Shown here in pieces: positions 1-7,186 of a DNA stretch of 37,950 nucleotides. A program made the position numbers and the translations under genes. Origin of the DNA: a virus (lineage: Duplodnaviria; Caudoviricetes); the IMG/VR virus record IMGVR_UViG_3300024996_000120, positions 1 to 37,950 of that record; one strand, given 5' to 3'. How positions within the stretch are numbered: position 1 is the first letter of the stretch; the number at the start of each line of letters is the position of its first letter. The notes under the pieces are model-generated. The model was not told the origin of the DNA and did no database searches. It saw nothing but the letters and a program-made list of their open reading frames with translations.

Positions 1-348
1 TCAGTCGAAGAGTTTGCCTTGGTACAGATCGCGCTGGCGCTTGTGCGCGCGGGCGAGGAGCTTGCGGACGCCGCGCTCGGTCATATCGTAGCGCTTGGCC
101 AGCTCCGGCAGGTTGGTGCCGTTGAACTCGTCCAGGATCATCTGATCGCGGATGGCGAGGCGGAAGGCGTAGTCCTTCGGCACGGTCAGCACCTGGCCGC
201 CCCAGTGGCTGGCCAGGTGGTCGGCGATCGCGGCGCCGGCCTGGTCGGCGACGTCGTCTGCGATGCCGTGGTCCTGCAGCACGACAGCCGCATGCGCGGC
301 GACGTCGGACAGCAGCTCGTTGCGGAGATCCTCCATCCGGGTGCTCAT
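1..348 (-). CDS. mor: Mor/C family transcription activator
   Basis: Motif WGGQVLTVPK...RDQMILDEFNGTNLPELAKRYDMTERGVRKLL typical of Mu Mor/C; last gene of early operon. Confidence 0.9.
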   Translation of the reverse strand: MSTRMEDLRNELLSDVAAHAAVVLQDHGIADDVADQAGAAIADHLASHWGGQVLTVPKDYAFRLAIRDQMILDEFNGTNLPELAKRYDMTERGVRKLLARAHKRQRDLYQGKLFD

Positions 349-935
349 GACGCGTCTCCGTATCGTGTCCTGGCCTCCGCGGCCTGGGCATCGTGTTCGG
401 CCTGGTTGATGCGGCCGTAACGGAGCATCTGGGCCAGGTACGCCAGCTCGTTGGTCAGCCTGTCCTCGACGGGGCGTGACGGGCTTGGGCCGGTCGGGCG
501 CCGGCCTTCGCGCAGATCCTGCTCGCGCGTCTTTTCAGCGGCGGCGTCAGCGGCATCGGCGATGCCGAACACCACCTGGCGCAGGTAGCCGTGGGCGGCC
601 AGCGGCAGCGTGAGGCGATCGGACTGCTGCAGCATCTGCTCGATGCCGGCGACCCACGCCGACGTCGGCGCCGGCCGGCGCACGCCGGAGCGTTCGTCGC
701 GGCAGACGGTGCCTTCGGCGACCAGCGCGGCGAGCTCCTGCAGCAGCTTGGTGGCACGCGGCAGGCGCAGCGCCGTCTTGGGCGGCTTGAACAGGCGCAG
801 GTACGACATGGCCGCACGCGCCAGCGTCGGCTCCATATCGCCCAGCACGGCGCCGAGGCGCTTGGCGTCGGCCTCGACCATGCCGGCCTCCCACGGGAAG
901 TCGGTGCCGCAGCAGGGGCACGTGATGCGGATCAA
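345..935 (-). CDS. hypothetical phage protein with N-terminal CPCC motif
   Basis: 196-aa ORF, TTG start after GGGAGG, 4-bp overlaps with both neighbours. Confidence 0.8.
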   Translation of the reverse strand: MIRITCPCCGTDFPWEAGMVEADAKRLGAVLGDMEPTLARAAMSYLRLFKPPKTALRLPRATKLLQELAALVAEGTVCRDERSGVRRPAPTSAWVAGIEQMLQQSDRLTLPLAAHGYLRQVVFGIADAADAAAEKTREQDLREGRRPTGPSPSRPVEDRLTNELAYLAQMLRYGRINQAEHDAQAAEARTRYGDAS

Positions 936-1126
936 TCCATGCCTCCCATGCGCATCGGCTCATGCTTGCGGCGCTCCCAGTTGGTGCCGGCGTAGAACGC
1001 CGCCTTGAGCATCTGGTGGATCACGCCCTGGTAGCAGGGCCGGATCTTCGCCACCTCCGGCAGCCAGCGGCGGCGCCAGTGCTCCTGGAACACCACCTTG
1101 CGCTCTTCGACTTCTTCAGGATGCAT
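932..1126 (-). CDS. hypothetical protein (64 aa)
   Basis: Fills the gap between gemA and the next gene; GGGAG SD upstream; overlaps both neighbours. Confidence 0.65.
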   Translation of the reverse strand: MHPEEVEERKVVFQEHWRRRWLPEVAKIRPCYQGVIHQMLKAAFYAGTNWERRKHEPMRMGGMD

Positions 1127-1763
1127 CGCCCTTCTCCCTTTCGGCGAGCTGCTCCAGCATCTCGATGCGCGCGCCCAGGTGATCGCACACCGGCTTGAGG
1201 CAGCGCAGCTGGCGGCGCCAGTTCTTCGGCAGCTTGGCCGTCAGTTCGGCGAATTCTTTCTCGCCGATGCCGAGGCGCTTCAGCGATTCGTCGATATAGG
1301 CGTTGCGGGCGCGCTTGGACTGTTCCACGTCGAGCGCGGCGATGATGCCCTTCAGCTGCTCCTCCTTGCGCACCCAGGCGACACGGGCAATGCCGCATTG
1401 GCGCTTGGCGATCGCATCGGCGTACGCCCACGACAGGCCCATGTCGGCGAGCATGGCCTCGATCACGGTGATCATTTCCGGCATGGCCGACGAGGTGAAG
1501 TTGTGCGGCTTGCCGGGGTACTGGCCGGGTCGGCCCGGGTGCGCGGCGCCGAGGCGGCGCAGTTCGTCCAACACGGCGCCGAGCTGCTTGTGGTCGAGCT
1601 TGGCCGAGCTGTCCGTTTCGGCGCCGTGGGCCGCCGAGACGCGGCGGATCAGCGCGCGGTAGGCATCCTCGTCCATGCCGTGCTTCGCCAGCTGCGCGCG
1701 GGCGATGTGGATGGCGGCGATCGCGTTGCGGCGGCGCTTCGCCTGGATCGCTTCGCGCGTCAT
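1116..1763 (-). CDS. gemA: GemA / Mu gp16 family (DUF1018) protein
   Basis: Starts MTREAIQAKRRRNAIAAIHIARAQL..MDEDAYRALIRRVS..DSSAKLDHKQLGAVLDELRRLG; GGAG SD before the ATG at 1763. Confidence 0.88.
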   Translation of the reverse strand: MTREAIQAKRRRNAIAAIHIARAQLAKHGMDEDAYRALIRRVSAAHGAETDSSAKLDHKQLGAVLDELRRLGAAHPGRPGQYPGKPHNFTSSAMPEMITVIEAMLADMGLSWAYADAIAKRQCGIARVAWVRKEEQLKGIIAALDVEQSKRARNAYIDESLKRLGIGEKEFAELTAKLPKNWRRQLRCLKPVCDHLGARIEMLEQLAEREKGDAS

Positions 1764-1897
1764 GGCGTTACTCCACCAGGCAGGACGATCCAGACCGTCA
1801 CGCACGGCACCAGGTTGATGCACCAGCGGCGGTTATGGCGCGACCAGTGCGCGCCGATCCACAGACTGCCGGGGCGGAACAGGATGCCGGCTTTCAT
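1760..1897 (-). CDS. small hypothetical protein (45 aa, MKAGILFRPGSLWIGAHWSRHNRRWCINLVPCVTVWIVLPGGVTP), not in ORF track
   Basis: Read manually; ATGA overlaps at both ends couple it exactly to the flanking genes. Confidence 0.7.
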   Translation of the reverse strand: MKAGILFRPGSLWIGAHWSRHNRRWCINLVPCVTVWIVLPGGVTP

Positions 1898-2169
1898 TCG
1901 ATCATCTCCCAGCCAAGTTCCGTCCACCGCTTGTACGGCAGGTCGTAGTCATCGAACTCGAACTGCACCTGGATCGAATCGGGAGCATCCGCCGACCAGT
2001 ACACCTCTTCGACCTTCCGCAAATTGCCTTCACCGGAGTCGATCATCATGCCGACCACCGGCACGAACGGGATTTCGCCAGCGCGCTGCCACTCCGCACC
2101 GTCGATAGACGGATCGGGCCGCTTTTTCCCCTCCGGCCAGCCAGTTTCGAGGAAATACGTGATCTTCAT
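1894..2169 (-). CDS. hypothetical acidic protein (91 aa)
   Basis: ATGA overlap with the upstream gene, GGAG SD, protein-like composition. Confidence 0.75.
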   Translation of the reverse strand: MKITYFLETGWPEGKKRPDPSIDGAEWQRAGEIPFVPVVGMMIDSGEGNLRKVEEVYWSADAPDSIQVQFEFDDYDLPYKRWTELGWEMIE

Positions 2170-2849
2170 GACTGGTGCTCCAGGGCATGCTGTGCACCGC
2201 CCTTCACACCGCGGTGCAGCTGGGCCTTGCGGCCGGCGTCGTGGCCGGCCCAGGCGTCGTCATCGCGACTCTTGCCACGCGTGGTCAGGTCGCGGCCGGT
2301 GGTGGTGCCGGCATCCGGGTAGCGCGACTTTATGAACTCGTCGATCGCCAGCCGCTTGTCGTCGGCAAGGGTGGTCTCGGGGAACAGGTGCGCGACGGCG
2401 TTGACCCAAGCCAGCGCGAATACCTCGCCGCGCGCCTCGCGGTTGCCGCGCTTACGCACACGGGCGATGTGCTTGAGGCGGTCGGCGACGAGCTGCCGGC
2501 GCAGCACGATGAAAGCGAACGCCGCGATCTCGGCGGCGCCGTCGCAGCCGTAGAAGCGGATCACGGTGGAGCCGGTGTTCCAGCCCTGCACGCGGCTGAT
2601 CATGATGCGAGCGCCGAAGCCCTCAGCGGCCAGCCCGGCCAGCAGCAGGATGCTGCGTGTCGGCTCGGCTCCACGGGCGCGGGTATTCGCTTCGGCCTCT
2701 TCGACGCCCATAGCCTCGGCATGGGTGACTCCATGCTCGCGCATCATCGCCTGCGCCTGGCGCAGCGCCGCGGCGGCTTCGTTCGGATTGGACGAGGCGG
2801 CGAGGCGCAGGCAGGCTTTGACCTTGCGGAGGATGGCCGCGCGGTTCAT
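2166..2849 (-). CDS. DUF2786-domain protein
   Basis: N-terminus MNRAAILRKVKACLRLAASSNPNEAAAALRQAQAMMREHG matches the DUF2786 pattern; start trimmed to ATG at 2849. Confidence 0.85.
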   Translation of the reverse strand: MNRAAILRKVKACLRLAASSNPNEAAAALRQAQAMMREHGVTHAEAMGVEEAEANTRARGAEPTRSILLLAGLAAEGFGARIMISRVQGWNTGSTVIRFYGCDGAAEIAAFAFIVLRRQLVADRLKHIARVRKRGNREARGEVFALAWVNAVAHLFPETTLADDKRLAIDEFIKSRYPDAGTTTGRDLTTRGKSRDDDAWAGHDAGRKAQLHRGVKGGAQHALEHQS

Positions 2850-3274
2850 GCCGTCACCTGCTGCGCTGCCGGCGCCAGTGCTGGCTCCATGACATGGGAA
2901 TACGCATAGACCGGCAACAACAGCGGTTCGTCGCTGCCCGAGATAAACCAGTTTCCAGCTGCATTGCGCCAAGCCATGAACACGATGCCCGCGTTGTCGC
3001 TGGCGTCGTAGGCGGAGACCATGACGTCGACCAACGGCGCCGGTTCGGAGGCGGTGACCGGACACCAGCGGTTCGACGCGAAGTCTTCCGTGTGCAGCCA
3101 TTCGCGCTTGCCGTCCGGGTGGTGAATACACCAGGTGGTGTTGTCGCCCAGGGTGTTGGCGAGCGGGGCGAGGCTGGCGAGAATCTCCGTCCGACGCGCG
3201 GGCGCGAACGTCAACACGTTCCGCCAACTTCCCGACGTGTTGACCTGGAGCATCAGATCGGTGCGTGGTTCCAT
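2846..3274 (-). CDS. hypothetical protein (142 aa, MEPRTDLMLQVNTSGSWRNV...)
   Basis: AAGGAGG SD upstream of ATG 3274; ATGA overlap downstream. Confidence 0.75.
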   Translation of the reverse strand: MEPRTDLMLQVNTSGSWRNVLTFAPARRTEILASLAPLANTLGDNTTWCIHHPDGKREWLHTEDFASNRWCPVTASEPAPLVDVMVSAYDASDNAGIVFMAWRNAAGNWFISGSDEPLLLPVYAYSHVMEPALAPAAQQVTA

Positions 3275-3278
3275 GATG

Positions 3279-3563
3279 TCAGCCCTCCTTTCGCGCGCAG
3301 CTGCTGCACAGATCCTCGGCGACCCACCAGCAGCCGCCTGCGCAGGCGCGGTTCTGGGTGCAGCCGCAGACGCGGCATACACGTTCATGGATGGGCCGCG
3401 GCTTGCTGTCGCCCTCGCGGATGCGCACGCCACTGGATGCATCCACCTTGCGGGTGTCCTGGTCGAGCACGTTGCTGGCGATGGCGTTGAACAACGCCTG
3501 CGCGTCGGCGCCGGTGGCGCGGATGCTGGTGCCGCCGCGACTCTTGGTGATCCGGATGGCCAT
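3279..3563 (-). CDS. hypothetical protein with C-terminal Cys-rich motif
   Basis: MAIRITKSRGG...CRVCGCTQNRACAGGCWWVAEDLCSSC; begins 1 nt after the DUF3164 stop. Confidence 0.75.
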   Translation of the reverse strand: MAIRITKSRGGTSIRATGADAQALFNAIASNVLDQDTRKVDASSGVRIREGDSKPRPIHERVCRVCGCTQNRACAGGCWWVAEDLCSSCARKEG

Positions 3564-3564
3564 G

Positions 3565-4179
3565 TCACACCCCCGCCATGTCGAGGCTGATCGGGCTGTA
3601 CTGGTCGCTGTCGCCGACGCGCTCGTAGAAGCGCACATAGGCCTTGCTGCCGGTCACCTGAACGGCGTTGCTGATGGCTTCCATCGCCCGCTTCCAGCGC
3701 TCGTCCGTGATCTTCAGGCGGCGCAGGCTCAGCACCAGGGCGGTGCGGATGTTGCCGGCCTGGTCCACGCGGAAGGCATCGTTGATCAACGTGGAAACCT
3801 CCACGCGCGTGCCTTCGGTCCAGTCGCGCAGGCATTCGTCGATCAGCGCTTTAGCTGCCTGCAGCTGCTCGTCGAACGTAATGTTGTCCTGCACCTGGCG
3901 CACGATCTTGTAGCGACCGTCGAAGCTGATCAGCGTGACATTGCCCTTCTTGCCGCCCAGCTTCACGTCGTACTGTTCGGCTGACAGATCGACGAACGCG
4001 TCGATCTCGCCGAACGTGTACGTCTTGCACTGCTTCAGCTGGGCCTGCACGGCTTTGGCCTGGGTCACCAGATCCTGCACCACCTGGTCGCGTGCCAGGT
4101 CGATGGGTGCAATCAGCTCCTCGGGGATCAGGTGGCCGGCGCCGTTCTTCCGGTAGCCGGCGGGAATGTTGTCTGTCAT
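3565..4179 (-). CDS. DUF3164 family protein
   Basis: GHLIPEELIAPIDLARD...GGKKGNVTLISFDGRYKI...FDEQLQAAKALIDEC...SKAYVRFYER, typical of this Mu-like early gene. Confidence 0.88.
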   Translation of the reverse strand: MTDNIPAGYRKNGAGHLIPEELIAPIDLARDQVVQDLVTQAKAVQAQLKQCKTYTFGEIDAFVDLSAEQYDVKLGGKKGNVTLISFDGRYKIVRQVQDNITFDEQLQAAKALIDECLRDWTEGTRVEVSTLINDAFRVDQAGNIRTALVLSLRRLKITDERWKRAMEAISNAVQVTGSKAYVRFYERVGDSDQYSPISLDMAGV

Positions 4180-4346
4180 GGCGTTTCCTTGGAATCGTGC
4201 GAGGCCTCTTCGGCGTCGCGATGGATGTGGTACGTGGTGTCACGCATGCGCTGGCCGAGCCAGGGCGGCAGCTCTTCGTCCGTGTCGATGGGCAGCCGCT
4301 GCGCGGCGGCGAGGCTCGGCGGGAGGGTGGAATCGCGGGCGGTCAT
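4176..4346 (-). CDS. small hypothetical protein (56 aa)
   Basis: ATGA overlaps on both sides. Confidence 0.55.
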   Translation of the reverse strand: MTARDSTLPPSLAAAQRLPIDTDEELPPWLGQRMRDTTYHIHRDAEEASHDSKETP

Positions 4347-4834
4347 GGGGCGGCCTGCTGCGTCTTGGCGACGCGCTGCCACAACGTCGAGCGCGTGCTG
4401 CCGCGGACAACGCGTACCGCGCCGCGGCGGCGGAGCACCTGCAGGGCCGTGTTGACCTGATACAGCTTGAGTCCGCCGTGCGCGGCTGCGATAGCGCGCG
4501 GCCGCATGGGCTCGTCGCCCATCGCTGCCAGCACGGATTCCGCCATCGGCGCCGGGCGTTCAACCAGCAACCGTGGGCGTAGCAGGTGCGGCGTATTGAC
4601 CGGCTCAGACCCTGCCGCCGCCGATGCCGCGGTGCCGCTGCGCGCAACCGCGGAGTAGCGCAGCACGGCGTCGTCGCAGTGGTGGCGCCTGGCCGCGCCG
4701 TGGCGCACCAGGTAGCCGAGCTCGTCGTACACGTCGGCGACGTGCGCGCCCACCACGTTGGCCACCTGGTGCGGCGGCACCGGCTTCGCCGCGCGGCGCA
4801 GGCACGCCAACACGTCTTGCCTCAGCGCTTCCAT
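4343..4834 (-). CDS. putative tandem winged-helix DNA-binding protein
   Basis: Two segments resembling wHTH (PHQVANVVGAHVADVYDELGYLVRHG; PRAIAAAHGGLKLYQVNTALQVLRRRG) joined by an Ala/Pro linker; TGATG overlap at start. Confidence 0.6.
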   Translation of the reverse strand: MEALRQDVLACLRRAAKPVPPHQVANVVGAHVADVYDELGYLVRHGAARRHHCDDAVLRYSAVARSGTAASAAAGSEPVNTPHLLRPRLLVERPAPMAESVLAAMGDEPMRPRAIAAAHGGLKLYQVNTALQVLRRRGAVRVVRGSTRSTLWQRVAKTQQAAP

Positions 4835-5121
4835 CACGCACCCGCCTGCGCGGCCACATCCCCGCGCACGGTGTGCATCAACCACTCGACCTGGCAGCCC
4901 TGCACCATCGCGACCATCACGTGCTCGCGCAGGTTGCCCACGCGGCGGCTCTTGCGGATGGCGCCCCGCACGAAGCGGGCCGGCGCACCGTCGAGGATGA
5001 TTAGCGGGCGGCCGCCGCGCACCTCAACCGACACGACGGTGGCGCCGGCCCCGTCGAGGAAGAAGATCGCGCCCAGCGCCTTGTTCGTAGCCGCGCGGAG
5101 AATTTCATTCATGGGATTCAT
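4834..5121 (-). CDS. hypothetical phage protein
   Basis: GGAG SD before ATG 5121; ends ...GCQVEW..., a pattern I recall from Mu-like early proteins. Confidence 0.7.
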   Translation of the reverse strand: MNPMNEILRAATNKALGAIFFLDGAGATVVSVEVRGGRPLIILDGAPARFVRGAIRKSRRVGNLREHVMVAMVQGCQVEWLMHTVRGDVAAQAGA

Positions 5122-5488
5122 GGTTGGCTCCAAGGGGCAGACCCAGCTGCCCGCGTAGGTCCGGCAGCGTGACGCGCTTCATCGCGCTCACCTGCCGCAA
5201 CGTCGTCATTGATCGGCCGTACAGCCACACACAGGTGCGATCCAGTTCGGCCGCGTTTGCCGCGAAGAAATAGCCGGTGTCCGGCGTTCCGCAGACCGGA
5301 TGCCCGGCCAAGCGCAGCGCCATCACCACCTGCCGCAGCCGGCGCTCGTCGGCGGTGCTGATGCGGCCACTGATCGCCAGCACCAGCTCGCGCGCCGTGC
5401 ACCCGTTCGTTTCGCCGACACGTCCCCGCAGTGCGCCCAGCACTGAGTCCAGGGAGATGGCGTCGGAGGCGAACAGGTCGGCTTGCAT
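5105..5488 (-). CDS. HTH-like hypothetical protein
   Basis: GAGGT SD; ..TARELV..ERRLRQVVMALRLAGHPVCGTPDTGYFFA.. resembles winged-HTH phage proteins. Confidence 0.75.
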   Translation of the reverse strand: MQADLFASDAISLDSVLGALRGRVGETNGCTARELVLAISGRISTADERRLRQVVMALRLAGHPVCGTPDTGYFFAANAAELDRTCVWLYGRSMTTLRQVSAMKRVTLPDLRGQLGLPLGANHESHE

Positions 5489-5496
5489 GGCCTACC

Positions 5497-6024
5497 TCAC
5501 AACCGGCTCGGCGGGTCGATGGGCCGATCCGGCGCGGGCACATGCAGCGCGACATCCAGCTGATCGCGCAGGCTGGCCGCTTCGGCTTCGGTGAGGCGCA
5601 GATGGCCGTATCGGCTACGCGTGGAAACGCGAATTGTCCCGTCCTGCTGGCGGCGTGCCTCGCACCATGCGTCGGTGGCTTCCGGCTTGGCGTTGGCTCG
5701 GAACTCGGAGAGATCCTTCGGACAATGCGCGGCCCAGCGCGCGTGAATGGCCACCCTGGCCATCGCCGCGGCAAGAACATCGGCACCGATCGTCTTCGCG
5801 TCCACCGTGAGGACGGTGCGCAGACGCGTGGCCAACACCGCATCGGCGAGCGCATGAACGTCAAACAACTCCATCGTCTTGGCACCGTTGTCCCAGATGC
5901 CGAGGCTCAGCGATTGCCCATCGGGTACTTTCACCACGATGTAGTTGCGGTTGGAGAACAAGGCGTCGCCATTGGCGAGCAGCAACCGGGCTGCGAAGCC
6001 GCCGATCGTTTCGCGGTTAGCCAT
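5497..6024 (-). CDS. hypothetical protein (175 aa)
   Basis: GGGGGAG SD; begins 1 nt after the ATPase stop. Confidence 0.65.
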   Translation of the reverse strand: MANRETIGGFAARLLLANGDALFSNRNYIVVKVPDGQSLSLGIWDNGAKTMELFDVHALADAVLATRLRTVLTVDAKTIGADVLAAAMARVAIHARWAAHCPKDLSEFRANAKPEATDAWCEARRQQDGTIRVSTRSRYGHLRLTEAEAASLRDQLDVALHVPAPDRPIDPPSRL

Positions 6025-6025
6025 G

Positions 6026-7186
6026 TCAGACTCCCCCAATCACGTCAGCGTTGACCTGCGGCACGCCCAGGTCGGCGGCGCGGTTCATGGCGGCAGCCAG
6101 CGCGTTGTGCACCGCCAACGGATACAGCAGCGTGCCGCCCGCGCGCGTGGGCGTGAGCTTGCGGCGCAGGGCGTCGACGGCGCCCGTGGCCAGCACCTGG
6201 TCGATGGGCGTGCCGGCGCGCTTGAAGCGGTGCGCCAGGTAGGCGTCCAGATCCTTGTCCAACGCGGGCAGCGTGACGATCTCGATGCGCTGCACGACCT
6301 CGCGTACTTCCGGGTTGTGCTCGCTCAGCTTCACGGCCAGTTCGGACTGGCCGATCAGGATCACGGACAGCAACGGTCGCAGGCCGTCCTTCAGTTCGCG
6401 GAAACGCTTCAGGTGCTTGAGTGTGGCCAGCGGCAGGCTGTGCGCTTCCTCGATCACCAGCACGTGGCTGTGGCCCGCGCGGGCGCTGTCGCGCAGCGCG
6501 GCGTGCAGCTGTTCGAAGCGCGCCTGCGGGCTCGACTTGGTCTTCGCCAGCGGCGATACCGCGGACATGATCGCCTCGGCGATGTGCTGCGCCTTGAGCG
6601 TCTTGCCGATGGTGTCGTTGCTCTCCATCGCCAGCACGTACGGCTCGATCACGATCACCGCTTGCTCTTCGCGGTTCAGGCGGTCGACCAGCTCTTCGCG
6701 CAGTGTTGACTTGCCCGCGCCGCTCTCGCCGATCGCGGCCATGAAGCCGCCGTGGCGCGCGACCTGGTACATCGCCTCGCGCACGTAGCGGATGTCCGGC
6801 GACAGGAACACATCCTCCGCCGTGGCCGGGTCCGCGAACGGGTCGCGCTGCAGGTTGAAGTGCCGGCGCGCCGCCGGCGTGAGGGTTTGCTTACGCAGTA
6901 GCATGGACATCTCCTCCTGGTCTTTCTCAAGTGGGTCGGGCGGGGAAACCGGCGGCACCGTGTTGACGCACGGTGCCGCCACTTCAAACAGGCCGGCGGT
7001 GGACCCGCCGTGCCGGTGAACGAACGTGGTGATGGCGCGCTCGACCGCCGCGCGGTCGGTGCCCAGCGGCAGATGGCCGCGGTTGATGAAGGCGTTGAAC
7101 GCCGGCCGCGAAATACCGGCGGCAGCGGCGACAGCGCCCTGCTTGATGCCGGCGCTGACCAGGGCGGACTTGAGGCGCAGCGTCAT
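6026..7186 (-). CDS. transposase B / ExeA-like AAA+ ATPase with N-terminal HTH
   Basis: Walker A GESGAGKS, Walker B VLVIEEAH, VILIGQSEL, REVVQR; directly downstream of the transposase. Confidence 0.92.
   Translation of the reverse strand: MTLRLKSALVSAGIKQGAVAAAAGISRPAFNAFINRGHLPLGTDRAAVERAITTFVHRHGGSTAGLFEVAAPCVNTVPPVSPPDPLEKDQEEMSMLLRKQTLTPAARRHFNLQRDPFADPATAEDVFLSPDIRYVREAMYQVARHGGFMAAIGESGAGKSTLREELVDRLNREEQAVIVIEPYVLAMESNDTIGKTLKAQHIAEAIMSAVSPLAKTKSSPQARFEQLHAALRDSARAGHSHVLVIEEAHSLPLATLKHLKRFRELKDGLRPLLSVILIGQSELAVKLSEHNPEVREVVQRIEIVTLPALDKDLDAYLAHRFKRAGTPIDQVLATGAVDALRRKLTPTRAGGTLLYPLAVHNALAAAMNRAADLGVPQVNADVIGGV

Noticed and set aside
3565-4179. Calling this gene Mu gam
   Set aside because: Motifs fit DUF3164 rather than Gam; no Gam homologue was recognised
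6026-7186. Type II secretion ExeA or a CRISPR-associated transposon TnsC
   Set aside because: Context is a phage transposase A/B pair, with no T2SS, tniQ or cas genes
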